Below, piece by piece: positions 36,804 to 47,451 of a stretch of 64,000 bases of DNA. The stretch is from an uncultured Lentimicrobiaceae bacterium (GTDB lineage: Bacteria > Bacteroidota > Bacteroidia > Bacteroidales > F082). The stretch is taken from contig CAYWLJ010000003.1 of the NCBI GenBank assembly GCA_964459375.1, forward strand, positions 79,236 through 143,235, written 5' to 3'. The notes beneath the pieces are model-generated. The model searched no databases. It had not been told where the DNA came from and worked only from the letters and a program-made list of their open reading frames with translations. A program made the position numbers and the translations under genes. The stretch's first letter is position 1, and every line of letters begins with the position of its first letter.

Positions 36804-38729
36804 ATGCAGATACAAACCGGAAATATTACCACTTTCCTCGATCAGGACCAGCAAAAAGACCTGCTGCGGTTTCTCACTGCAGGCTCGGTGGACGATGGCA
36901 AATCGACCCTCATCGGCAAGCTGCTCTTCGATAGCAAGAAGATTTACGAAGACCAGCTCATGGCGCTGGAGCGCGACAGCAAGCGCATAGGCCATGCCGG
37001 CGACGAAACCGACTACGCCCTGCTGCTCGATGGGCTGCAGGCCGAACGCGAACAGGGCATCACCATCGACGTGGCGTACCGCTATTTTTCGACCAACAAG
37101 CGTAAATTCATCATAGCCGACACCCCGGGCCACGAACAATATACCCGCAACATGGTCACCGGTGCCAGCACTGCCAATCTGGCCATCATTCTGGTGGATG
37201 CCCGCAAAGGCGTCATCACCCAGACACGCCGACATACATTTCTTGTCTCATTACTGGGAATCAAGCATATTGTTCTAGCTGTGAACAAGATGGACCTGAT
37301 GGACTACAGCGAGGAGGTGTTCGAGCAAATCTGCAACGACTACAAGAAGTTTGTCACAAGGCTCTCCATGCCCGACATTTATTTCATTCCGCTGTCGGCC
37401 CTCAAAGGCGACAATGTCGTGGAGATTTCCGATAAAATGCCCTGGTATCATGGCAAAAGTCTGCTGCATTACCTCGAAACGGTGCATGTGAGTTCCGACC
37501 GCAACTTTGAAGACCTGCGTTTTCCTGTGCAGGTGGTTTTACGCCCTGATCTGGGTTTCAGAGGCTTTGCCGGAAAGATGGCTTCGGGCATTGTGCGCAA
37601 AGGCGAAAAACTTATGGCATTGCCATCGCGCAGAACCAGCACCGTAACACGCATCATTGGCCCCGACGGCGATCTGGACTACGCATTTCCACCACAAAGC
37701 GTAACCATCACACTGGAAGACGAGATCGACCTTTCGCGGGGCGAGATGCTGGTGCATCCATCGAATCTGCCACGCATCGAAAGGCAGTTTGAGGCTATGC
37801 TGGTGTGGATGGACGAAAAACCAATGGATCCCTTCGCCCAGTTTTTTATCAAACACGCCAACAACACCACCCGCGCCCACATCGATCAGATCCGCTACCG
37901 CGTGGATGTGAACACCCTGGAACGAGCCGAAACCAATGCGCTGGTACTTAACGAAATAGGTCGTGTGGTCATCACAGCGGCCAAGCCTTTGATGTTCGAC
38001 CCCTACCACCGCAACCGCAATACAGGCGCCTTCATCCTCATCGACCCCATCACCCACAACACTTCGGCGGTGGGTATGATCATCGACAAGGTGAACCCAA
38101 GCGATTTGCCTTCACGTCTAGTTGACCCTGAGGCCAAACGCCTGATCGAAGAGGGCAAGAGTCTGATCGACCGGCAAGAACTCGAGAAACGATACAGACA
38201 GCGCGGGCACTCCCTATGGATCACCGGACTGCATGGAAGCGGAAAGAACGTGCTGGCTTATTCGCTCGAAAAACAACTCTTCGAGGCCGGAGCCACCGTG
38301 GTAATGGTGGACGGCAGCACCGCCCGCTCGGGCCTGAATCGTGAACTTGATTTCAGTCCGGCCGGCCGTGCCGAACAAATGCGCCGTGTGGCCCATGTGT
38401 GCCGCATCCTCAACGATCAGGGTATCATTACCATCTGTTCGTTCATCTCGCCCCGCGAGCAAGTGCGCAGGCAACTGGCCGAAATCGTCGGGCCCGAACG
38501 CTTCCACCTGCTGTATATGGATGCCGGTATCGAATATTGCCGCAACAACAAACCCGAACTCTACGACCTGGCCGATAAAGGCGAACTGCGGTTCCTGCCA
38601 GGCGCCGACGAACCATACGAAATTCCGGAAAACCCCGCCCTGCGTCTTAAGCCGGACAATATGGCCGGAAGCATAGCACAGGTTGTGGAGTATCTGCAGA
38701 AAAATAAAATATTTCCGCTGACACACTGA
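36804..38729 (+). CDS. cysN: sulfate adenylyltransferase subunit 1 fused to an APS-kinase-like domain
   Basis: GTPase motifs [24 protein letters not shown]. The C-terminal roughly 175 aa are APS-kinase-like ([16 protein letters not shown]). The ATG at 36804 is preferred over the track's TTG at 36798. Confidence 0.9.
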   Translation: MQIQTGNITTFLDQDQQKDLLRFLTAGSVDDGKSTLIGKLLFDSKKIYEDQLMALERDSKRIGHAGDETDYALLLDGLQAEREQGITIDVAYRYFSTNKRKFIIADTPGHEQYTRNMVTGASTANLAIILVDARKGVITQTRRHTFLVSLLGIKHIVLAVNKMDLMDYSEEVFEQICNDYKKFVTRLSMPDIYFIPLSALKGDNVVEISDKMPWYHGKSLLHYLETVHVSSDRNFEDLRFPVQVVLRPDLGFRGFAGKMASGIVRKGEKLMALPSRRTSTVTRIIGPDGDLDYAFPPQSVTITLEDEIDLSRGEMLVHPSNLPRIERQFEAMLVWMDEKPMDPFAQFFIKHANNTTRAHIDQIRYRVDVNTLERAETNALVLNEIGRVVITAAKPLMFDPYHRNRNTGAFILIDPITHNTSAVGMIIDKVNPSDLPSRLVDPEAKRLIEEGKSLIDRQELEKRYRQRGHSLWITGLHGSGKNVLAYSLEKQLFEAGATVVMVDGSTARSGLNRELDFSPAGRAEQMRRVAHVCRILNDQGIITICSFISPREQVRRQLAEIVGPERFHLLYMDAGIEYCRNNKPELYDLADKGELRFLPGADEPYEIPENPALRLKPDNMAGSIAQVVEYLQKNKIFPLTH

Positions 38730-39139
38730 GGTCAGGAAGCCTGTCTTGGAGCAGGGCAGATTTGATCAGCTTTGCGTCATCCTTCGGAAACAGAGATCAA
38801 AGTATCACGCTTTTCGGCACATCTGTTCCAAGAGGTTGACCAAAACGCCCTCAGCCGAAAAAGCCTCTATGATTAGCTAAATCCTGAAATGGGCTAAGCT
38901 TGGGATTAGGTTCTGCTTCAGCATTATAATGGTCTGAAAGGAGATCGCAGATGTTGCCAGATTTTTCATTTAACCCAGCCCCAAAGCCTTAGGCATTTCT
39001 CCCGGCTATCAACCATCCCGAAAAACGAATTCAGTTGCTTCAACTATCAACGTTCGGAAATAAAACATGGGAACTTCTGAATGCTGCGGCCATGAAACAT
39101 GCCGCAAAAAAGTCGGTTTTCAAATAAAGGAAGACGCTT

Positions 39140-40441
39140 CTACTTTGTTTTACAAACGGCATCAAGCACCCGCTCAAAATTGTTTGGAAGCCTGATCTGG
39201 TTTTCATTCTTTTCGAAAAATGCCGCCAGCTGTTCGGGCACTTCTACCTCAATGCCAAGGGCTTTCTTCACCGTTTCGGGGAACTTGGCCGGGTGGGCGG
39301 TTTCGAGAAATACAAAGGCTGCCTCAGGAAAGCTTTCGTTAAACCGTTTTGCCCCCAGATAGCCAATGGCGCCATGGGGGTCGGCCACAAAGCCATAGCT
39401 TTCATAGAGTTCGTGCATGGCAGCAAGGGTCTGCTGATCGGTAAATCCAGTCCCGCTCACCGATGCTCTCATCCTTTCGCGGTCGTAGCCGAAAAGCATC
39501 TGCACGCGCTCGAAATTGCTCGGATTGCCCACGTCCATGGCGTTGCTCAGGGTGCTTGCCGAGGGTCGAGGTTGGTAATACCCGGTATGCAGGAAGTGAG
39601 GCACCACATCGTTGATGTTGGTGGCCGCCACAAAATGTTTCACCGGCACACCCATGGCAGCAGCCATGAGCCCGGCAGAGAGGTTGCCGAAGTTGCCGCT
39701 CGGAACACTGAATACCACCTCCCTGCCACTTAGCTTCTGGCTTGCAGCAGAATAATAAACCATCTGGGGCAGGAGTCTGGCCAGATTAATGCTATTTGCC
39801 GAGGTGAGCAGAAAATCATCATTGTGATCTGGATTCGAAAGGAGCTGCTTCACAAGCTGCTGGCAGTCGTCGAAGCTGCCTTCAATTTCGAGCGCCGTGA
39901 TGTTGTCGCCCCAGGTGGTGAGCTGTTTTTGTTGGCCGGGGCTCACCCTGCCTCTGGGATACAGAATAAATACCCTGATGCCAGGAGCACGGAAAAAGCC
40001 GGCTGCCACTGCACTGCCCGTGTCGCCCGAGGTAGCCACCACCACCCTGATTTCCAAGCCCTTTTCCTGAGCAATGCTGCTCAGCACCCTTGCCATGAAC
40101 CGTGCCCCAAAGTCTTTGAATGCCAGGGTGGGCCCGTGAAATAGTTCAAGACAATACAGGTTATTATCGAGCGGCACCAGCGGGTGCGGAAAGTTGAAAG
40201 CTTCGCGACACAAACGTTCAAGGCTAGCAAGATCAAACACCCCATCGGTAAATGGTCGAAGCGTGTGGGCCGCCAACAGGCCCGTGTTGACGGCATCTGA
40301 CCCTGTGAAGCGCGAAAAATCAACAACCGGAATCTGCTCCGGCATATACAATCCGCCATCCGGAGCCAAACCATTGAGCACTGCGGTTGTAAAATCTACC
40401 CCAAACTGCTTGCTTTTGTCGCGGGTCGAAAAGTAAATCAT
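39140..40441 (-). CDS. thrC: threonine synthase
   Basis: 433 aa. PLP-Lys context GPTLAFKDFG, ATSGDTGSA. Last gene of thrA-thrB-thrC. Confidence 0.9.
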   Translation of the reverse strand: MIYFSTRDKSKQFGVDFTTAVLNGLAPDGGLYMPEQIPVVDFSRFTGSDAVNTGLLAAHTLRPFTDGVFDLASLERLCREAFNFPHPLVPLDNNLYCLELFHGPTLAFKDFGARFMARVLSSIAQEKGLEIRVVVATSGDTGSAVAAGFFRAPGIRVFILYPRGRVSPGQQKQLTTWGDNITALEIEGSFDDCQQLVKQLLSNPDHNDDFLLTSANSINLARLLPQMVYYSAASQKLSGREVVFSVPSGNFGNLSAGLMAAAMGVPVKHFVAATNINDVVPHFLHTGYYQPRPSASTLSNAMDVGNPSNFERVQMLFGYDRERMRASVSGTGFTDQQTLAAMHELYESYGFVADPHGAIGYLGAKRFNESFPEAAFVFLETAHPAKFPETVKKALGIEVEVPEQLAAFFEKNENQIRLPNNFERVLDAVCKTK

Positions 40442-41373
40442 AAGTTGGTCATCAATTTGGCCCCATTTGTGTTGAAGGATGAAACATAAAAACTGCTCCC
40501 CACTCCGGTCTCGGCAAGCATTTGTTGAAGCTGCTGACCGCAGGCGGATGCCGGCCCAGGTTGCTCGAAAAAGGCAAACACAGTCGGGCCTGAGCCCGAG
40601 ATGCCAAAAGCCAGCGCTTCATTTTTCAGTGCATATGTTTTCATTTCTGAAAACAAGGGTATGCGTGGAGCGCGCACCGGTTCGGCAATCAGGTCGGTCA
40701 TGCTGCGGCTAAGCAGGCCAAGGTCGTTGCTGTGGCAGGCCGATACAAAGCCTGCCAGATTGGCCCATTGGGCAATGGCGATTTTCAGTGGGATGTGTTT
40801 AGGCATGGCCTCGCGCGCTTCGCGCGTAGAAATATGTACGTGCGGGTGTACAACAAGGCAGGTCAAAGGTGCAGGCACCGGGAGTTCGATCACTTCCAGA
40901 GGGTCGTAGGAGCGGATGAGTACCAGGCCGCCGTAGAGGCACGGGGCTACGTTGTCGGCATGTGCGCTGCAGCAGGCCAGACGCTCGCCTTCCATGGCCA
41001 GTTGCAGCATGTCGGGCTTTTCCATCGGATGACCTGTCAGATGGTTGATGGCCACAAGGGCAGCCACGCTGCTGGCGGCACTCGAGCCCAACCCGCTGTT
41101 GAGCGGCATGCCCTTGTGCAGCCAGACCCTGGCACCAAAAGCCAGTTGAAGGCGGTCGAGAAACAGACGCACAACAGCGGTGGCGGTGTTGAGTTGCGGA
41201 TCAACAGGCAACAGTCTTCCATCGCCTGTGATGCCCATGAGCTGCACTTTGCCGCTGTTGTCGAGTTCAATTTCCACCACATCACCCGGTTCATCAAGGG
41301 CAAACCCTAGCACATCGAAACCGCAGTTGAGGTTCGATACCGTGGCGGGTGCAAAAGCTTTGATACGATTCAT
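40438..41373 (-). CDS. thrB: homoserine kinase
   Basis: GHMP-kinase motif PLNSGLGSSAASSVA. N-terminal APATVSNLNCGFDVLG. Overlaps thrC by 4 nt. Confidence 0.9.
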   Translation of the reverse strand: MNRIKAFAPATVSNLNCGFDVLGFALDEPGDVVEIELDNSGKVQLMGITGDGRLLPVDPQLNTATAVVRLFLDRLQLAFGARVWLHKGMPLNSGLGSSAASSVAALVAINHLTGHPMEKPDMLQLAMEGERLACCSAHADNVAPCLYGGLVLIRSYDPLEVIELPVPAPLTCLVVHPHVHISTREAREAMPKHIPLKIAIAQWANLAGFVSACHSNDLGLLSRSMTDLIAEPVRAPRIPLFSEMKTYALKNEALAFGISGSGPTVFAFFEQPGPASACGQQLQQMLAETGVGSSFYVSSFNTNGAKLMTNL

Positions 41374-41384
41374 GCCAATATAAT

Positions 41385-43832
41385 TTATTGATAACTAACC
41401 CTCAGAACATCCGCAAACACGCCTGCCGCCGTAACGCCGGCACCCGCACCGGGGCCTTTGACCACCAGTGGATTGCTGTGGTAACGCGTTGTGGTAAATG
41501 CAATAATATTGTCGCTACCGTCAAGATTGTAGAAAGGATGCCGGATATCCACCATCTGCAGGCTGATAGAGGCTTTTCCACTGGCAATGCTTCCTATATA
41601 GCGAAGCTTTTTCTGTTGTAATTCAGCCTGTTGCAACAATGCGACAAAGTACGATTCAGCTTTTTCCAGTTCAATAAAGAACGATTCCACCTCGGGTGCT
41701 GCAAGGCAGGCATCGGGCAATACGGGCTGCAGCTCAATGTCGTCTGCATCGAGCTTCAAACCTGTTTCTCTGGCCAGGATCAATACCTTACGGCGAAAGT
41801 CCATCCCGCTGAGGTCGTCGCGCGGATCGGGCTCTGTAAAGCCCTTTTCGCGGGCTTCTCGGACCACCGAGGCGAAGGTTCGACCACCACGGTAGTTGTT
41901 GAAAATATAAGAGATGGTTCCTGAGAGTATGGCTTCGATGCGTAAAAAGCGATCACCGCTGGCCAGCAGGTCGGTCATTGTTTTGATAACGGGTAGCCCT
42001 GCTCCTACATTGGTTTCATACAGAAAATCAACACCAGCCCTGCGCGCAGTGCTTTTCAAACGGTCGTACTGTTCCTGTGTGCCCGAGGCGCCCAGCTTAT
42101 TGCAGGCCACCACCGATACATTATTGCGCAGCAATAGTTCGTATTGTTCAACCAGCTTCTCACTGCTGGTATTGTCCACAAATATGGTGTTGGGCAGGTT
42201 GCGGCCGATGATATGCCTGATAAAAGTTTCAATCTCGGCTTTCTGGCCTTTCTGCTCAAGCATTTCATTCCATTGGGTCGGTGCAACGCTCTGATCTTCT
42301 GCGAGCAACATACGACGGCTGTTGGCGATTCCCATCAGGCGCAAGTTGATATGAAGCTCGTCCTGAAGGTATTTTTTGGAAGCTGCTATCTGATTTAACA
42401 GTTCGCGCCCAATATTGCCGGTGCCGGCTACAAAGAGGTTGAGACTCTTATAGGGCGACAGAAAGAGCTCGTCGTGCACGGCATTAAGGGCTTTGGCCAG
42501 ATCGTTGTACGAAATGACCACTGAAATATTGAGTTCGGACGAACACTGTGCAATGGCCACCACATTAACCCCACTGCGCCCCAGCGATTGAAACAGTTTG
42601 CCGCTCAAACCTCTGGTGCGGCGCATATTCTCGCCCACTACGGCTAAAATACTCAGTTGCTGTTTGGCAGTAGGGGATTCAACCTTTTGTGTGCTTATCT
42701 CCCATTCGAAAGTTTTTTTGATGGCTTCGAGGGCCGGGCCGGTATCGTCGGGCGCTACAGCAAAGCTGATGCTGTGCTCCGAGCTGGCCTGGGTGATGAG
42801 GATAACATTCACGCCGGCCTCGGCCAGTCCGTTGAAAAGCCTGCCACCAAATCCTTTCAGGCCTACCATTCCGCTACCTTCAACGTTGATGAGGCTTACA
42901 CGGTTGATTGACGAGATACCCTTGATCAGACTGCCATTGGCCGATGGCTTTGGAAGAATGGTGGTTCCGGGATGACAGGCGTTGAAGGTGTTTTTTATCA
43001 GAATAGGGATGTTGTGCGCTATGGCCGGGATCATTGTGGGGGGATAAATCACCTTTGCGCCAAAATAGGACAGCTCCATTGCTTCTTTGTAGCTGAGCTC
43101 CGGCAGGGTGAAGGTATTGCGCACCAATCGCGGGTCGGCGGTCATAAACCCGTCCACATCGGTCCATATCTGAATTTCGTCTGCCTGCAGTGCGGCGCCA
43201 AAGATGGCCGCCGTCAGGTCCGACCCACCCCGCCCGATCGTCGTAGTCTGACTCTGAGCATTGGTAGCAATGAATCCGGTCACCACCGGAACAACATCGC
43301 CAACGCCCGAAAACCACTGGCTAATGTTTCGATAGGTGTCTTCTTCCAGAACGGTAGCATTTCCATAGCGGCTGTCGGTAATCACCAGCTGCCGGCTATC
43401 GGTATATTCCGCTTTAAGGCCTGCCTCGGAAAGACAGGCTGTGACCAACCGGCACGAAAGTTGCTCGCCAAAGCTCATCACCAGATCGAGGGTGCGGGCC
43501 GAAAGCTCCCCCACTACGCTGATGCCGCTCAACAGGTTTTCGAGCCGCGCAAAGAGCGACATCATTTCGCCGCGCAATGGCTGGCTGTTGACGAGTAAGT
43601 CCGCGGATGCCTCAAGATGCAGGCTCACCAATTGCTGAAAGCCGGCCGCAGTATTGTTATTCTCCCTGGCATGTGAAGCCAGGGCAATGAGCTGATTGGT
43701 AACGCCTGCCATGGCCGAACACACCACAAGAGGTTGATCGCCATTCATCGCACTTTCTGATACAATTTTGGTAAGGTTACGGATGGCCTCCACACTACCA
43801 ACCGAAGTGCCACCAAATTTTAAAACCTTCAT
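41385..43832 (-). CDS. thrA: bifunctional aspartokinase / homoserine dehydrogenase
   Basis: MKVLKFGGTSVGS start (ATG 43832; the track's TTG is at 43838). ACT repeats. C-terminal HSDH (FVAGTGNIGRELL ... ). About 815 aa. Confidence 0.92.
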   Translation of the reverse strand: MKVLKFGGTSVGSVEAIRNLTKIVSESAMNGDQPLVVCSAMAGVTNQLIALASHARENNNTAAGFQQLVSLHLEASADLLVNSQPLRGEMMSLFARLENLLSGISVVGELSARTLDLVMSFGEQLSCRLVTACLSEAGLKAEYTDSRQLVITDSRYGNATVLEEDTYRNISQWFSGVGDVVPVVTGFIATNAQSQTTTIGRGGSDLTAAIFGAALQADEIQIWTDVDGFMTADPRLVRNTFTLPELSYKEAMELSYFGAKVIYPPTMIPAIAHNIPILIKNTFNACHPGTTILPKPSANGSLIKGISSINRVSLINVEGSGMVGLKGFGGRLFNGLAEAGVNVILITQASSEHSISFAVAPDDTGPALEAIKKTFEWEISTQKVESPTAKQQLSILAVVGENMRRTRGLSGKLFQSLGRSGVNVVAIAQCSSELNISVVISYNDLAKALNAVHDELFLSPYKSLNLFVAGTGNIGRELLNQIAASKKYLQDELHINLRLMGIANSRRMLLAEDQSVAPTQWNEMLEQKGQKAEIETFIRHIIGRNLPNTIFVDNTSSEKLVEQYELLLRNNVSVVACNKLGASGTQEQYDRLKSTARRAGVDFLYETNVGAGLPVIKTMTDLLASGDRFLRIEAILSGTISYIFNNYRGGRTFASVVREAREKGFTEPDPRDDLSGMDFRRKVLILARETGLKLDADDIELQPVLPDACLAAPEVESFFIELEKAESYFVALLQQAELQQKKLRYIGSIASGKASISLQMVDIRHPFYNLDGSDNIIAFTTTRYHSNPLVVKGPGAGAGVTAAGVFADVLRVSYQ

Positions 43833-44079
43833 ATACAATATATTACAACATGATTAAAATTAAAACTATCCGTTCAGGCCAAACGAGGATATTTTCATCA
43901 GCGGTATGCAGACTTAGAAAAACGATAGCTCAACGGCAGGTTGCCACAAAAGTAGGATAAAGCTCCTGATTGTAGCCATTACCAAACTGCCTGTGCAATT
44001 ATACGCGGCTACATCGTTTGAGGAACGAGAAGCTTTATAGCTAATCATGGTTTTCGTAAAGCACAATGTTGAATCGGGT

Positions 44080-44087
44080 TAACTTTG
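44080..44087 (+). promoter_or_regulatory. candidate -7 box (TAACTTTG)
   Basis: 23 nt upstream of the ATG at 44110. Confidence 0.45.
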
Positions 44088-44109
44088 CAGCAACCAACAC
44101 TGCCTGACG

Positions 44110-44943
44110 ATGGAAAAAAGCCCGATGAATGCCCTGGTCGAGAACCCCGAAATGGTGATAAAAATTCTGGTTGATTTTGGTTTCAAACTATTTGGGGGCA
44201 TTGTTGCCCTTGTTATTGGTTTCTGGATTGTCGGGAGGTTCAAAGCCGGACTGATGCGGATTATGGAGCGCCGCAATGTGGATCCGTCGCTGCGCACCTT
44301 TCTTCGCAGTTTTTTGAGTATAGCCCTGAAAATCCTTGTGATCATCACCGTGTTGGGGATGATTGGGGTGCAGATGACGAGCTTTATTGCCATGCTGGGC
44401 GCTGCAGGCCTTGCAGTAGGTTTGGCCTTGCAGGGCACACTGCAGAACGTTGCCGGAGGAGTTATTATTCTAATTTTTAAGACGTTGCGTGTGGGCGATG
44501 TGATTGAAAGCGGGAGCTATATTGGCACCGTGCGCGAGATTCAGATGATGTACACCCTGCTCAACACCTTCGACAACCGCGTGGTTACCATCCCCAACAG
44601 TGCATTGGCCACAGGTTCGCTCATCAACTACAGCAAGATGCCCGAAAGGCGGGTCGATTGGGTATTCAGCATTTCGTATGGCGACTCTTATGCGAAGGCA
44701 GAGTCCATCCTTAAACGGTTGATCGAAGCTGATGCACGCATTCTTACCGAACCAGAGCCGTTTATTGCCCTGCAACGGCTCAACACCAGTTCGGTGGATA
44801 TTGTGGTGCGGTGCTGGACAAAACAGGATGACTTCTGGCCGGTGTTTTTCGAAATGAACAGGAGGGTTTATGAAATCTTTACCCGCGAAGGCCTCACTAT
44901 ACCTTTTCCACAAATGGACGTGCATCTCCGTCAGAAAAGTTAA
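44110..44943 (+). CDS. small-conductance mechanosensitive channel (MscS family)
   Basis: 277 aa. 3 TM helices, pore helix GAAGLAVGLALQGTLQNVAGG, beta-domain VGDVIESGSYIGTVREIQMMYT. Confidence 0.85.
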   Translation: MEKSPMNALVENPEMVIKILVDFGFKLFGGIVALVIGFWIVGRFKAGLMRIMERRNVDPSLRTFLRSFLSIALKILVIITVLGMIGVQMTSFIAMLGAAGLAVGLALQGTLQNVAGGVIILIFKTLRVGDVIESGSYIGTVREIQMMYTLLNTFDNRVVTIPNSALATGSLINYSKMPERRVDWVFSISYGDSYAKAESILKRLIEADARILTEPEPFIALQRLNTSSVDIVVRCWTKQDDFWPVFFEMNRRVYEIFTREGLTIPFPQMDVHLRQKS

Positions 44944-45010
44944 TCCGTTCAGGCTTATTTTTTTGCAGTCGGGTCGGCGAAAGTGTTCTTATTAATCAAA
45001 CGACTTCACT

Positions 45011-45577
45011 ATGATCATCATACGCAACACCATTATTTCAGACGATTTTCTTGAAGTCCGCTTTATTTGCGATCTACCCCGCTGCAAGGGCGAGTGCTGC
45101 GTGGGCGGCGATGCCGGAGCACCACTCGAAGAAGACGAAATAAGCATTTTGGAAGACGAAATCGAAAAAATACTGCCTTATTTGACCGAAGATGGAAAGG
45201 CTGTGGTGACCGAAAACGGAGTTTTCGACTACGACGATGCCGGCAACTTTGTTACGCCTCTGGTGCGAGGACGAGAATGTGCATTTGCGGGTTTTCACCC
45301 TGATGGGGTGAGCTATTGCACCATTGAGCGTGCATGGAGCGAGGGACGTACCAGCCTGCGAAAACCAATAAGTTGTCACCTATACCCTGTGCGATTATCC
45401 CTCAAGAGTGGATTCACCCACGTAAACTACCACAAGTGGAACATCTGCAATCCTGCCCGTAAACTTGGTGCGCGAATCGGTATACCCCTGTACAGGTTTC
45501 TGAAAGAAGCGCTTATCCGCAAGTTTGGGCAAGAGTGGTACGAGCAGCTTGAGAAAGAGATGAGTCAGCGCGAATAA
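45011..45577 (+). CDS. DUF3109-like Cys-rich protein
   Basis: 188 aa. CDLPRCKGECCVGGDAGAPLEEDE and later Cys residues. Family name from memory. Confidence 0.6.
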   Translation: MIIIRNTIISDDFLEVRFICDLPRCKGECCVGGDAGAPLEEDEISILEDEIEKILPYLTEDGKAVVTENGVFDYDDAGNFVTPLVRGRECAFAGFHPDGVSYCTIERAWSEGRTSLRKPISCHLYPVRLSLKSGFTHVNYHKWNICNPARKLGARIGIPLYRFLKEALIRKFGQEWYEQLEKEMSQRE

Positions 45578-45581
45578 AAAA

Positions 45582-45599
45582 TCCGGCGCCTGGGCCGGA
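45582..45599. terminator. short bidirectional hairpin between convergent genes
   Basis: tccggc-gcctgg-gccgga flanked by A6 on the left and a T-rich run on the right. Lies between the stops at 45577 and 45607. Confidence 0.45.
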
Positions 45600-45606
45600 C
45601 TTTCTC

Positions 45607-46032
45607 TTACTTGTTTTTCAGGATATCCCTGATTTCGGTGAGCAACAACTCTTCCTTGCTTGGTGGCGGAGGTGCAGGCGCCGGAGCAGGCTCTTCCACT
45701 TTTTTCTTCGCCATATTGTTCACGCCCTTGATCAGCAGGAAGATGGCAAAAGCTACAATGGTGAAGTCGATCACTGTGTTGAGGAATAAGCCGATGTTCA
45801 TCGTCACAGCCGGCGAAACCACCTCGGCACCGTTCATCTCGGCAGCTTTGAGGGTGAGCCTGATATTGCTGAAATCGACACCGCCCACAAGCAAACCAAT
45901 AGGCGGCATAATGACATCAGCCACAAAGGAGGACACTATTTTCCCGAAGGCACCACCAATAATGATCCCCACAGCCATGTCGAGCACATTGCCTCGCATG
46001 GCAAACGTCTTGAATTCGGATACGAAACCCAT
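45607..46032 (-). CDS. mscL: large-conductance mechanosensitive channel
   Basis: [46 protein letters not shown] is the canonical MscL N-terminus. Confidence 0.95.
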   Translation of the reverse strand: MGFVSEFKTFAMRGNVLDMAVGIIIGGAFGKIVSSFVADVIMPPIGLLVGGVDFSNIRLTLKAAEMNGAEVVSPAVTMNIGLFLNTVIDFTIVAFAIFLLIKGVNNMAKKKVEEPAPAPAPPPPSKEELLLTEIRDILKNK

Positions 46033-46219
46033 AATGTTGATTTTTGGTTAAACAATAGACGTGCAAGGTAAGGATAATTGCGACCAAAAAGCAACATAAT
46101 TATGCGCTGTGGGCGTATGCTCGCCTGAGGATCCATCTCGATGGCCCGGATATTAAACCAGGAGCCGCTTATGGCCTGATCCCAACCGCCAAACTCCGAA
46201 CCCCCTGACCCTTAGATCA

Positions 46220-47221
46220 TCATGTTCCCAACGTGGCCACCATGACGGCCTTTATGGTATGCATGCGGTTCTCGGCCTGATCGAAGACTACTGAGTGTTC
46301 CGATTCGAAAACATCGTCGGTAACTTCCATGGCTTCGAGACCAAATTTCTGAAAAATCTGTTCGCCAATGGCCGTTTCGCGGTTGTGGAACGAGGGCAGG
46401 CAGTGCAGAAACTTGACCTTAGGATTGCCGGTTTTCTCCACCATCTCTTTGTTTACCTGATAAGGCCTGAGCAACTTGATACGCTCTTCCCAAACATGGT
46501 CTGGCTCGCCCATCGACACCCAAACATCTGTATAGAGGAAATCAACGCCTTTTACACCTTCGTCCACACTTTCGGTAAGCGTGATGTTGGCACCGGTTTG
46601 TGCAGCAATCTCGCGGCATCTGCCCACCAGTTCCTCATTGGGCCACACCTGTTTTGGAGCTACTGCCCTGAAATCCATGCCCATCTTGGCAGCACCCACC
46701 ATGAGCGAGTTGCCCATATTGTTGCGGGCATCGCCGCAGTAGGCAAATCTCATCTGGTGCAGCGGCTTGTCGCTATGTTCCATCATGGTCAGCAGGTCGG
46801 CCAGAATTTGTGTGGGGTGAAACTCATTGGTCAGCCCGTTCCAAACCGGAACACCGGCATAGCGGGCCAGCACTTCAACAATAGCCTGTCCGAAACCACG
46901 GTACTCAATGCCGTCGTAAAACCGTCCAAGCACACGGGCAGTGTCTTTCATCGATTCTTTTTTACCAATCTGCGAACCCGAAGGGCCAAGGTAGGTTACG
47001 TGCGCACCCTGATCGAATGCAGCCACCTCAAAGGCACAACGCGTACGGGTGGAATCCTTCTCGAAAATCAGGGCAATGTTTTTGCCTTTCAGGCGCTGCT
47101 GTTCGGTGCCGGCGTACTTGGCTTTTTTAAGATCGATGGATAAGTCGAGCAAAAACCGAATCTCGGCCGGAGTGAAGTCTAGCAGTTTGAGAAAACTGCG
47201 GTTGCGAAGGTTAAATGCCAT
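46220..47221 (-). CDS. argF: ornithine carbamoyltransferase (canonical ArgI/ArcB type)
   Basis: [56 protein letters not shown]. Confidence 0.9.
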   Translation of the reverse strand: MAFNLRNRSFLKLLDFTPAEIRFLLDLSIDLKKAKYAGTEQQRLKGKNIALIFEKDSTRTRCAFEVAAFDQGAHVTYLGPSGSQIGKKESMKDTARVLGRFYDGIEYRGFGQAIVEVLARYAGVPVWNGLTNEFHPTQILADLLTMMEHSDKPLHQMRFAYCGDARNNMGNSLMVGAAKMGMDFRAVAPKQVWPNEELVGRCREIAAQTGANITLTESVDEGVKGVDFLYTDVWVSMGEPDHVWEERIKLLRPYQVNKEMVEKTGNPKVKFLHCLPSFHNRETAIGEQIFQKFGLEAMEVTDDVFESEHSVVFDQAENRMHTIKAVMVATLGT

Positions 47222-47267
47222 ATTGTTAATGTTTTGTGTGATTGTTTCTGTGGCTTGTGATCAGTGG

Positions 47268-47275
47268 CAAAAGTA
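47268..47275 (-). promoter_or_regulatory. candidate -7 box (TACTTTTG) for the OTC gene
   Basis: Plus-strand caaaagta, 47 nt upstream of the ATG at 47221. Confidence 0.4.
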
Positions 47276-47451
47276 GCCAGTTTTTGTTAATTAATTCACA
47301 TTTTGACTAAAAACAGCCATTTTCTGGATATGCACTCATGCGTTTTGTTCGATTTCGGACATTTGGCGGATAGTTGGGTCAATCTGACCAATGATTTCAG
47401 GCCCCAATTTCACGAGGCCTGTCAACGCAAAAACGTGCAGAAGATACTATT

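Noticed and set aside
38730-39139. 410-bp gene-free region between convergent cysN and thrC
   Set aside because: It has only a short hairpin (gcggc-N10-gccgc at about 39086-39105) without a T-run, and no ORF of 60 codons or more. It could be a decayed gene or an sRNA, but I have no positive evidence.
43833-44109. Threonine-operon leader peptide or attenuator upstream of thrA
   Set aside because: The only upstream small ORF (about 44 codons, MISYKASRSS...) is not Thr/Ile-rich, and I could not find alternative terminator/antiterminator hairpins followed by a T-run.
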